From: Bacteroidia bacterium
Lineage (GTDB): Bacteria; Bacteroidota; Bacteroidia; NS11-12g; UBA955
Direction: 5' to 3'
NCBI GenBank assembly: GCA_044368575.1
Contig: JBIPPH010000008.1
Coordinates: 1,408-65,407 of the forward strand
Length of the DNA stretch: 64,000 nt
In this document: positions 56,074 to 64,000 of the stretch, one piece after another
Layout: each line of letters opens with the position of its first letter
Numbering within the stretch: the first letter of the stretch is position 1
Translations under genes and position numbers: made by a program
Notes under the pieces: generated by a model
What the model was told of the DNA's origin: nothing
The model's database searches: none
The model's input: the letters and a program-made list of their open reading frames with translations, nothing else

Positions 56074-57270
56074 ATGTACGGTGCTCTACAACAACAATTG
56101 CAAACAGAATTACAGCAAATTAAAGACGCTGGATTGTATAAAAAAGAACGCATTATAGTTTCGCCACAAGGCGCTGATATTAAGCTTAACGACGGCAAAG
56201 AAGTGATTAATTTCTGTGCCAATAATTACCTTGGATTGTCTAGTCACCCTCGCATTATTGACGCTGCCAAAAAGTCACTCGACACCCACGGTTTTGGCAT
56301 GAGCAGTGTGAGATTTATATGCGGCACTCAAGATATTCACAAAACACTAGAAGCTAAAATTGCTGAATTCTACGGCACAGAAGATACCATTTTGTATGCC
56401 GCGGCATTTGATGCCAATGGCGGTGTATTTGAACCATTGTTTAATGAACAAGACGCCATCATTTCTGATAGTTTAAACCATGCTTCTATTATTGATGGGG
56501 TTAGGCTTTGTAAAGCAGCAAGATACCGTTATAACAACAATGACATGGCGGACCTTGAGCAACAATTAATTGCGGCCAACCAAGCAGGCCATCGCAACAA
56601 AATCATTGTAACAGACGGCGTGTTCAGCATGGATGGCTACGTGGCTCAGTTAGATAAAATTGTGGCATTAGCAGATCAATACAATGCCTTGATTATGGTA
56701 GACGAATGTCATGCTGCAGGTTTTATTGGCAAAACAGGCAGAGGTACGCCAGAATATTGTGGTGTACACGGTAAAATTGATATCATCACTGGCACCTTGG
56801 GTAAGGCACTAGGTGGCGCCATGGGAGGTTATACTACTGGTAAAAAAGAGGTGATTGAAATGTTGCGTCAGCGTTCAAGACCTTACTTATTCTCTAACTC
56901 ATTAGCCCCTGCCATTGTTGCGGCTGGGATTGAAGTGTTTGACTTATTAAGTGAATCTACCGCTCTTCGCGATAAACTTGAGCACAATGTCAATTATTTT
57001 AAAGCAGGCATTAGAGCTGCAGGCTTTGATTTTAAAGATGGTAACAGTGCTATCGTACCAATTATGTTGTATGATGCTAAACTTAGTCAAGTAATGGCAG
57101 ATCAGTTACTCGAAGAAGGCATTTATGTAATTGGCTTCTTTTATCCTGTAGTTCCTAAAGACCAAGCCAGAATAAGGGTGCAATTATCTGCTGCTCACGA
57201 GCAACACCATTTAGATAAAGCAATTGCGGCCTTTACTAAAGTTGGTAAAAACCTTGGTGTGATTAAGTAA
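56074..57270 (+). CDS. kbl: Glycine C-acetyltransferase (2-amino-3-ketobutyrate CoA ligase)
   Basis: The start [28 protein letters not shown] is typical. The PLP-lysine context is GTLGKALGG, with DECHA. Confidence 0.9.
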   Translation: MYGALQQQLQTELQQIKDAGLYKKERIIVSPQGADIKLNDGKEVINFCANNYLGLSSHPRIIDAAKKSLDTHGFGMSSVRFICGTQDIHKTLEAKIAEFYGTEDTILYAAAFDANGGVFEPLFNEQDAIISDSLNHASIIDGVRLCKAARYRYNNNDMADLEQQLIAANQAGHRNKIIVTDGVFSMDGYVAQLDKIVALADQYNALIMVDECHAAGFIGKTGRGTPEYCGVHGKIDIITGTLGKALGGAMGGYTTGKKEVIEMLRQRSRPYLFSNSLAPAIVAAGIEVFDLLSESTALRDKLEHNVNYFKAGIRAAGFDFKDGNSAIVPIMLYDAKLSQVMADQLLEEGIYVIGFFYPVVPKDQARIRVQLSAAHEQHHLDKAIAAFTKVGKNLGVIK

Positions 57271-57271
57271 C

Positions 57272-57766
57272 TTAATGTTTAGGGCGCTCCAAGCTGTCTT
57301 GAGGGTACCAAACATGCATTGAATCGCGCATTTGCTTTGACCACTCTATCAACAAATGCACTTCATCGGCTTGAAGCTTCGCTTTAGGATGAATGAGCGT
57401 ATAATCCCATAATGGCATTTCTTCCGATAGCATGACTTCGTCAATCTCTTCTAGTTTATGGAATTGTTTGTAAGGTCTATATTTCAAGAAATCATCAAAA
57501 TTTAAATGGCGTTTACCATCTTTAATATGATTCGCCAAATAGGCTGATACAGGTTGAATTGAGGCATACCAAGGATAGATGGTATTATTGGAATGGCAAT
57601 CATAACAGGCCTTCTCTAATATTGCTTGAACTTCGGCATTGACAGGAAATTTTTTGACAATGGCCGCCGCTTTAGCTTGGCTATTGTTTCGTTCTGTAGG
57701 CAGCAATTGAATCATAAGCAAAAGCAAGATTACACCTAGTCCAATTTTGCGTTTATTGATCTTCAT
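57272..57766 (-). CDS. Haem-binding-domain (Haem_bd, PF14376-like) protein with a membrane anchor or signal
   Basis: N-terminal hydrophobic segment GLGVILLLLMIQLL. CYDCHSNNTIYPWYASIQPVSAYLANHIKDGKRHLNF contains CXXCH in the family-typical context. Confidence 0.75.
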   Translation of the reverse strand: MKINKRKIGLGVILLLLMIQLLPTERNNSQAKAAAIVKKFPVNAEVQAILEKACYDCHSNNTIYPWYASIQPVSAYLANHIKDGKRHLNFDDFLKYRPYKQFHKLEEIDEVMLSEEMPLWDYTLIHPKAKLQADEVHLLIEWSKQMRDSMHVWYPQDSLERPKH

Positions 57767-57768
57767 AA

Positions 57769-59589
57769 TTAATGGAATTCTTCTTCTTTAATGGCATCTC
57801 CTCTGAGTATACGGTAGCGCTTTCTGGCCTCTGCCACATATAAGCTTCCTGAATAATTCAGGACAATTAATTCATAAATCTTTTTGGCATTAGCTGTGTC
57901 ATTCAATTTAAACTCATAGAGCTTAGCCAAGCGCATAAGGGCGTTATCTGCAAGAATATCATTGCTGTATACTTGAATCAATCGCTGGTATAATTGTTCG
58001 GCTTGTTTGAATTGTGACTGTTGTTCGGCTATTAATGCTCTAGAATATAAGATCTCATCAGACAGTGAGTGATTGGGGAACATAAGGGAAATGCTATCCA
58101 ACAAAGGCAAAGATTTTTCATAATGGTTCTGAAAAAGGTACAAATCTGCTTGGGCAAATCTTTGCAGCGCTTCACGGGTGCTATCATCGGTTAAATTATC
58201 TTGTATCAATAACCATAGCTTTAAGGCATTATTGCTGATCAATTGAGAGGTGGCGTCTTTTAAGACATCTAACTGTGATTGACTCCATTCAAACTCCCCT
58301 CTAAAATAACAAAGCCTGGCATATCTATACTTTGCCTCTTGACCTAAAGCATCATTCAAAAAGGCTTTTTCAACTTGCTTGTATAGTAAGTCGGCATCCC
58401 ATGACTCACCATTAACCAAATAGGCATCTGCCAAAACCAATTTACAATTGGCCAATGTGCTTTCTGACAAACCAGGAATGGCTATGGCTTCTTTCATTAA
58501 TTGAATACTCCATTTGGCATTGTGCATGTAATACAAATACAACTCAGCCAGGTCTTTCATTTGTTGAGCTGTTTGCCAGTTGCGGCCGTTGGTATTCAAG
58601 AATTGGAGGTAAGCTGTTTCAATGGATTTAAGTCGCTCAATGCTGGCGCCATTTTCAGATTTTATCTGAAGCAAACCACAATTTAACACCCCTTGTTGTG
58701 CTTGGTAAAAATAGCGTTTGTTATCGCCCAAGGCCAACACATAGTCATAACATTTTAAAGCATACTCATAGGCGTCGTTTTCTAGCATGATTTGCGCCAA
58801 GACCAATACCGATCGCCCTTCTTCTTTTAACCGCTTGTCTACTGCTTTAGCTTGAATTAGGGCCCCATTCCAATCTTTTTGTTGGGTAAAAGACCAGATT
58901 AAAAAATCATTGTAGACATAATTATCTGGGGCTTTTTGGATCAGTTGCAACAAGACCTTACTCAAGACTTGATATTGAGCTTCGGTTTGATAATTAACGG
59001 CTAACCTGTCTTTTATATCTTCGTACAAAAATGGATCATTCCCAGCCATCATGACTAGTTCCCTTGTGGCCAAATCAACCTGTCCTAAATTAAAGTAAAC
59101 TTCACTTAATTCATTGGCAAACAGAAAATCTTCTTTGAATTGCTGTCTGGCATGTTCATAGACTTTAATCGCTTCAGCGTAAAACTTTCGCTTGACAAAG
59201 GCATTGGCCAGTGCTTCAGTTTGCACCACCCCATTCAATTTGAGTTTAAGTAGATCATTGCAAATTTTTTCCTGCTTACTGCTCAGGTCTTGCAACTTGT
59301 AAATATAGGCTTGATCAACAAAAAACGTGTATTCTTCAGGGTATTTGCGTTGTCTTTTTTCTAGTAATTTTTCGGCCTCTTTAAACGATTTTAGCTGAAT
59401 ATAACACTGCAGCAGGTTGTCGTAATAATATAAATTTTGAGGCTGTTTATTGCTCAAATCTTCATAAAGATCTGCGGCCTTGGTGAACTCTTTACTTGAA
59501 AAATACTGAGCAGCTAATCGCTCATCATTGTTTTGCGCTTGCACAACAAACACATAGGTAGTCATTAGCAAAACAAACAAGCCCCTCAT
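57769..59589 (-). CDS. Large TPR-repeat secreted protein
   Basis: Signal peptide MRGLFVLLMTTYVFVVQAQ followed by many TPR-like helix pairs. The start is set at the Met preceded by the -7 box. Confidence 0.75.
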   Translation of the reverse strand: MRGLFVLLMTTYVFVVQAQNNDERLAAQYFSSKEFTKAADLYEDLSNKQPQNLYYYDNLLQCYIQLKSFKEAEKLLEKRQRKYPEEYTFFVDQAYIYKLQDLSSKQEKICNDLLKLKLNGVVQTEALANAFVKRKFYAEAIKVYEHARQQFKEDFLFANELSEVYFNLGQVDLATRELVMMAGNDPFLYEDIKDRLAVNYQTEAQYQVLSKVLLQLIQKAPDNYVYNDFLIWSFTQQKDWNGALIQAKAVDKRLKEEGRSVLVLAQIMLENDAYEYALKCYDYVLALGDNKRYFYQAQQGVLNCGLLQIKSENGASIERLKSIETAYLQFLNTNGRNWQTAQQMKDLAELYLYYMHNAKWSIQLMKEAIAIPGLSESTLANCKLVLADAYLVNGESWDADLLYKQVEKAFLNDALGQEAKYRYARLCYFRGEFEWSQSQLDVLKDATSQLISNNALKLWLLIQDNLTDDSTREALQRFAQADLYLFQNHYEKSLPLLDSISLMFPNHSLSDEILYSRALIAEQQSQFKQAEQLYQRLIQVYSNDILADNALMRLAKLYEFKLNDTANAKKIYELIVLNYSGSLYVAEARKRYRILRGDAIKEEEFH

Positions 59590-59594
59590 ATGTA

Positions 59595-59602
59595 CAAATC
59601 TA
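59595..59602 (-). promoter_or_regulatory. -7 box (TAGATTTG) abutting the TPR gene start
   Basis: Exact TAnnTTTG on the minus strand, 5 nt upstream of the ATG at 59589. Confidence 0.5.
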
Positions 59603-59653
59603 TTACAAACGCAATGAAAGCACAACTGAATTTATGTTTTAGATAAAAATTTC

Positions 59654-59661
59654 TATTTTTG
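59654..59661 (+). promoter_or_regulatory. -7 box (TATTTTTG) for anmK
   Basis: Exact TAnnTTTG, 19 nt upstream of the ATG at 59681. Confidence 0.5.
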
Positions 59662-59680
59662 CTTATTAAGTGATTGCAAA

Positions 59681-60772
59681 ATGAAGACCTTTAATGTGAT
59701 AGGGATAATGTCTGGTTCATCTATGGATGGCGTTGATTTAGCCTTGTGTGAAATCGTATCTGACCAAGGACAATATACCTTTAAAATCAAAACCGCTGAG
59801 ACCTACGATTACAATGAGACATGGCGCATTAGATTGTCTCAATTAAGAAAGGCTGATGCCTTAGCTTATGCCAAAACAGATGTGTTTTACGGTCATTATT
59901 TGGGCCAGTTAGTCAATCAATTTATACAAACCAATGGGCTTCAAGCGGATCTTGTGGCGTCACATGGGCACACAGTATTCCATTATCCTGAGGCGTTTAT
60001 TACGCGTCAAGTGGGCGACGGTGCCTCTTTGTCTGCATTGTGTGGCCTACCCGTAGTGAGTGATTTTAGAAGCATGGATGTGGCCAAGCGAGGCGAAGGT
60101 GCCCCCTTGGTGGCAATTGGTGATGAATTGTTATTCAATGATTACGATTACTGCCTAAACCTTGGTGGGTTTTGCAATATTTCTGGTGTGTACAACGGCA
60201 AGCGCATTGCCTTTGATATTGCCCCTGCTAATATTATCCTTAACCGTGTGGCCAGAGACCTTGACCAAGACTTTGACAAAGATGGAGAGATTGCCTCAAG
60301 AGGATCTATACACTACCCTTTGCTAGAACAACTGAATCGCATTCCTTTCTACCACCAAGATTTCCCTAAGTCTTTGAACAGAGATTGGATTAATCATGAA
60401 TTGTGGCAAATAGTGAAAGATGGCGAACGATTAAGCCCTGAAGATAAAATGAAAACCTTTGTTGATCATATTGGCTTTCAAATCGGCAAAAGCATAGATC
60501 AAATTGCAGGCAACAATGGCGCCGGCAAAAAGGTATTGGTTACCGGAGGAGGTGCTTTTAACTCTGTCTTAATGGACCATATTAAAACCCATAGCGAAGC
60601 TGAATTCATAGTCCCTGGCGATGAATTGGTTAAGTTCAAAGAAGCGCTGATTTTTGCCTTGATGGGTGTTTTAAGGGTCGAAAACAAAGTCAATATTAAA
60701 AAAAGTTATACAGGGGCTAAATCTGACAGTATTAGTGGCGCATTGAACGGTGACTTTAGTAAATTGATTTAA
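59681..60772 (+). CDS. anmK: Anhydro-N-acetylmuramic acid kinase
   Basis: The N-terminus IGIMSGSSMDGVDLA, the length and GGGAFN fit AnmK. Confidence 0.9.
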   Translation: MKTFNVIGIMSGSSMDGVDLALCEIVSDQGQYTFKIKTAETYDYNETWRIRLSQLRKADALAYAKTDVFYGHYLGQLVNQFIQTNGLQADLVASHGHTVFHYPEAFITRQVGDGASLSALCGLPVVSDFRSMDVAKRGEGAPLVAIGDELLFNDYDYCLNLGGFCNISGVYNGKRIAFDIAPANIILNRVARDLDQDFDKDGEIASRGSIHYPLLEQLNRIPFYHQDFPKSLNRDWINHELWQIVKDGERLSPEDKMKTFVDHIGFQIGKSIDQIAGNNGAGKKVLVTGGGAFNSVLMDHIKTHSEAEFIVPGDELVKFKEALIFALMGVLRVENKVNIKKSYTGAKSDSISGALNGDFSKLI

Positions 60773-60791
60773 TTTCCATTTAAAATATAAG

Positions 60792-60799
60792 TATATTTG
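60792..60799 (+). promoter_or_regulatory. -7 box (TATATTTG) abutting the lipoprotein start
   Basis: Exact TAnnTTTG, 6 nt upstream of the ATG at 60806. The ORF-track TTG start at 60797 is part of the box itself. Confidence 0.5.
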
Positions 60800-60805
60800 T
60801 ATACC

Positions 60806-61363
60806 ATGTTGCGAATTGCCAGAACAGCTTTATTAGTATTAATGTGCTTGAGTTTAAGCCATTGTAAAAAAGACAAACAAAAGGAAGTCATAATTGAATA
60901 CCCTTTGTTTTTTGTCAATAACATGGAAATTGATACCTCTAAGGAAGACAGTTTAATTGTTAGAGAGTCTATAGACTTCCCTACCAATCTTGAAGGCGAA
61001 TTGGCCAAGAACAATACTGATAAATCTAAAATCAAATCAGGCAAATTGGAGTTCTTTAGAATTCAAATCCTTGACAATGCAGTATACGATAGTTTAAACT
61101 ATTGTAACTTTAAGGATTTAACTGAAATGAGCATTGACATCAAACATGCTGATTTAGGCCAATTTGAAGTTGCTAAAAAATTAAATATCCCAGACATCAG
61201 AACCAAAGCCATTAACCTTGACATGAATGGTGTTGAGTTGAAAGACTTTCTTCAAAAGGAAAGCTTCAGAATGGTATTTAAATACAAAAAGCGCCGCCAA
61301 ATGCACCATGAAATGCCATTTGTGGTATCGCTTAAATTCAAAATAGTGGCCGACGCCCTATAA
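60806..61363 (+). CDS. Hypothetical lipoprotein
   Basis: MLRIARTALLVLMCLSLSHCKKD contains a lipobox. I recognise no domain. Confidence 0.6.
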   Translation: MLRIARTALLVLMCLSLSHCKKDKQKEVIIEYPLFFVNNMEIDTSKEDSLIVRESIDFPTNLEGELAKNNTDKSKIKSGKLEFFRIQILDNAVYDSLNYCNFKDLTEMSIDIKHADLGQFEVAKKLNIPDIRTKAINLDMNGVELKDFLQKESFRMVFKYKKRRQMHHEMPFVVSLKFKIVADAL

Positions 61364-61439
61364 ACATTCTCCATAACTATTCCACATAGACTTGTTTTTT
61401 AACAATAATTGAATATTATTGCCATTAAACATCGTTTAT

Positions 61440-62816
61440 ATGAATGAAATAACACCAAAATCAGGACACCCAAAAGGTTTGTACTTACTATTTGCCACAG
61501 AAATGTGGGAGCGTTTTTCCTATTATGGAATGAGAGGTATATTAATCCTTTATTTGACTAAATCATTGATTCAAGGTGGATTAGGCATCAATGAACAATC
61601 AGCATCTTTGATTTATGGCTTTTTTACAGGCTTTGTATACTTTACCCCGTTGATTGGCGGTTGGTTGGCTGATAAATATATAGGTCAAAGAAATGCCATC
61701 ACCATTGGCGGTATTACCATGATGATTGCTCAGTTTATTTTATTTGGTATCAATACGCAGTTTGGTCTCTATTTAGGCTTATTCTTATTGATTATTGGCA
61801 ATGGTTTTTTCAAACCAAACATCTCAACCATAGTTGGTAGACTATATGCTACAGATGATCCTAGAAGAGATTCTGCTTTTTCAATCTTTTATATGGGCAT
61901 TAATTTAGGGGCCTTCATTGCGCCTTTAGTAATTGGTTTCTTTGCTGAAGACATGTTTGCGATTAAAGACGCGAGCGGTAAAATTTTAACTTATGGTTAC
62001 AAATACGGATTCTTAATTGCTGGCTTAGGTATGATGCTGGGCCAAGTATTATTTAATTCAATGGCTAAAAAATACCTTGGAACTGTTGGTGAATCTCCGG
62101 CTAAACAAAATGCCAACGCAGCCGCTGATAGCACTACAAAAGCGCCTGACATGCCTTTAACCAAAGAAGAAAAGCAAAGGGTAACAGTAATTTTTATATT
62201 AACAGCCTTTGTGATATTCTTTTGGGCAGGGTTCGAACAAGCAGGTTCATCATTAAGCCTTTACACAGATAAGTTCATCAATAGAAATGTACTAGGGTTT
62301 GAAATACCTACTTCTTGGTTCCAGTCTGTAAACCCATTATTTATCGTTGCATTAGCACCTTTATTTTCAATATTCTGGACCAGCAAAGTTGGTCAAAAAC
62401 TAACCACTCCAGTTAAAATGGGATTGGGTATGATATTATTAGGCATAGGCTTTTTCTTTATGTTAGGCGCCGTTTCTGAAAGAGGTGGCGACAATCAAGA
62501 CATCACCGTTAAAGCAAGTTTATTTTGGCTAGTAATCACCTACTTACTGCATACTTTAGGCGAATTGTGTTTATCGCCAGTAGGCCTATCTGTAGTCACT
62601 AAATTAGCTCCAGTTAAATTGGCTTCATTAATGATGGGTGTTTGGATGTTATCTACTTTTATTGCCAATATTATTGGCGGTTTTGTTGCTGCCTACGTGG
62701 AAGCCTTGGGCGCTTTTGCAATATTTGCTACAATTGCCGGCTTTGTTATTGTTTTAGGGATAATCATGATATCATTGAATAAACCAATTCTTAAAATGAT
62801 GCATGGCGTAAGATAA
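61440..62816 (+). CDS. POT/PTR2-family di-/tripeptide:proton symporter
   Basis: ATEMWERFSYYGMR and GNGFFKPNIST are signature motifs. Multi-TM. Confidence 0.9.
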   Translation: MNEITPKSGHPKGLYLLFATEMWERFSYYGMRGILILYLTKSLIQGGLGINEQSASLIYGFFTGFVYFTPLIGGWLADKYIGQRNAITIGGITMMIAQFILFGINTQFGLYLGLFLLIIGNGFFKPNISTIVGRLYATDDPRRDSAFSIFYMGINLGAFIAPLVIGFFAEDMFAIKDASGKILTYGYKYGFLIAGLGMMLGQVLFNSMAKKYLGTVGESPAKQNANAAADSTTKAPDMPLTKEEKQRVTVIFILTAFVIFFWAGFEQAGSSLSLYTDKFINRNVLGFEIPTSWFQSVNPLFIVALAPLFSIFWTSKVGQKLTTPVKMGLGMILLGIGFFFMLGAVSERGGDNQDITVKASLFWLVITYLLHTLGELCLSPVGLSVVTKLAPVKLASLMMGVWMLSTFIANIIGGFVAAYVEALGAFAIFATIAGFVIVLGIIMISLNKPILKMMHGVR

Positions 62817-62880
62817 TAATATAACGCTTAAACTCAAACTGAACAAAGATCAAAAACGTTTAAATACAATTCAAATAACA

Positions 62881-62915
62881 CAAACCTACAAAGCATTTTG
62901 TAGGTTTGTTTTTTT
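62881..62915 (+). terminator. Rho-independent terminator after the first POT gene
   Basis: Perfect 10-bp stem CAAACCTACA/TGTAGGTTTG with an 8-nt loop, followed by T7. Confidence 0.85.
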
Positions 62916-62926
62916 AATCAAATCAT

Positions 62927-64000
62927 ATGTGGAAGAACCATCCTAAAGCTTTACCTTTTTTATTTTTATCTGAAATGTGGGAACGTTTCGGTTACTATTT
63001 AATGATCGGCATTTTTACACTCTACTTAAAAGATGTAGAGTCTGGGTTTGCTATGACTGAAAAAGAATCCTCTGATTTGTATGGTACTTTTATCGCTTTG
63101 GTATTTTTAACCCCATTTATTGGTGGTTTATTGGCCGACAGATACTTGGGCTACAAAAAATCAATTGTTATTGGTGGCATTTTAATGGGTGCAGGATATT
63201 TACTTATGGGCATTCACCACATCAGTGTTTTATATCTGGCGATGACTTTGGTTATAATTGGCAATGGTTTTTTTAAACCAAACATTTCAACCTTACTTGG
63301 CAATCTATATTCAACCGATCAATTCAAAGACAAAAAAGATGAGGGTTATAATATATTTTATATGGGCATCAATGTGGGCGCATTTATTTGCAACTTCTTT
63401 GGGGCTGCATTACAAATCTTATTGGGTTGGAAATTTGCATTTATGGCAGCCGGTGTGGGCATGTTTATTGGCGTAATCGTATTCTTATTAGGCACTAAGC
63501 ATTATCAAGGATTTGACCATAAAAAAGGTGTGCAAGAAGGAGACATGCCATTTTATAAAATTGTTTTATTCATTTTATTGCCTTCTGTTATTTTTGGCAT
63601 TATTGGATGGCTCATCAAAGGCATAGCCTCTCCCACTAATAATGAAAGCTATATTTTTGGATCAGACAGTACTGATGCGTTTATATTCGCTTGTATTCCA
63701 GTTGTGTTTTTTTATGGTAGTTTGTTTTACAAAGCCAAACAAGAAGACAAAAGACCAATAGGCGCTTTGCTAACAATATTTGCCGTTGTTATTTTGTTTT
63801 GGGCTGTATTTAAACTCAATGGTTCTGCGCTTAATACATGGGCAGACCGTTACACAGACAGACAAATCACTGGTAGTACAGAAACCGTATTCAACACCTT
63901 AAAACTATCTAAATCTGTTGAATACAAAAAAGACTCGGTAGATTTATATGATGCCAATTACAAACTACAAAAGACAAATGGCATTGTTCAAAAGGAATAC
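62927..64000 (+). CDS. Second POT/PTR2-family peptide transporter (3' end beyond the window)
   Basis: My translation from the ATG at 62927 stays open to the window edge: MWKNHPKALPFLFLSEMWERFGYYLMIG...GNGFFKPNISTLLG...FYMGINVGAF. The ORF track lacks it because it has no stop. The listed ORF 63258-63476 is out of frame and spurious. Confidence 0.85.
   Translation, partial: MWKNHPKALPFLFLSEMWERFGYYLMIGIFTLYLKDVESGFAMTEKESSDLYGTFIALVFLTPFIGGLLADRYLGYKKSIVIGGILMGAGYLLMGIHHISVLYLAMTLVIIGNGFFKPNISTLLGNLYSTDQFKDKKDEGYNIFYMGINVGAFICNFFGAALQILLGWKFAFMAAGVGMFIGVIVFLLGTKHYQGFDHKKGVQEGDMPFYKIVLFILLPSVIFGIIGWLIKGIASPTNNESYIFGSDSTDAFIFACIPVVFFYGSLFYKAKQEDKRPIGALLTIFAVVILFWAVFKLNGSALNTWADRYTDRQITGSTETVFNTLKLSKSVEYKKDSVDLYDANYKLQKTNGIVQKEY

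Noticed and set aside
62229-62237. GGTTCGAAC, a tRNA T-arm-like string
   Set aside because: It lies inside the POT transporter coding frame (..GFEQAG..), with no flanking acceptor or anticodon stems. I found no tRNA genes in the window.
63258-63476. 72-aa ORF listed in the ORF track
   Set aside because: It is out of frame within the second POT transporter gene, which reads open from 62927 to the window edge.
1-64000. Search for CRISPR arrays, IS elements, integrases, phage or conjugative modules, and toxin-antitoxin pairs
   Set aside because: By eye I saw no direct-repeat arrays, no transposase- or recombinase-like ORFs and no terminal inverted repeats. The YwqK-type annotation of the MORN protein is a family name, not evidence of a TA system.

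Overview
The window looks like a gene-dense chromosomal segment of a Bacteroidota genome, probably of the Flavobacteriia/Cryomorphaceae type, with roughly 35-40% GC. Three things support this. It carries type IX secretion and gliding genes: porX with a DUF5103 plug-like gene, gldD-gldE behind mutY-ssb, and two proteins with T9SS C-terminal sorting domains. Bacteroidetes-type TAnnTTTG -7 promoter boxes recur in front of genes. No Shine-Dalgarno motifs are visible. About 60 protein genes are supported and most are housekeeping: icd, pckA, ribBA, pdxH, hppD, map, plsY, clpS, tsaE, menA/menC, ssb, mutY, HU, RNase G, ftsH, kbl, anmK, and POT peptide transporters. I found no rRNA, tRNA, CRISPR array, transposase, integrase or phage genes, so this is a core region, not an obvious island. 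No clearly novel multi-gene system can be demonstrated from the sequence alone, and all functional readings of the unknown genes are inference. The features most worth a second look are: (1) a single very AT-rich orphan membrane-protein gene (30444-31649) wedged against map and divergent from a 1456-aa secreted protein of unknown function (31744-36114); (2) -7 promoter boxes only 4-8 nt from start codons at many genes, which suggests widespread leaderless mRNAs and corrects several ORF-track starts; (3) a 29-codon Lys/Arg-rich bS22-like micro-ORF missing from the ORF track (50194-50283); (4) a porin plus Tat-signal Rieske pair; (5) a T9SS cargo protein with a true CXXCH motif preceded by an acidic STAS-like protein; (6) a MORN/TlpA module behind ftsH; (7) a roughly 400 bp non-coding gap followed by a thioredoxin-fold gene that has lost its CXXC site.
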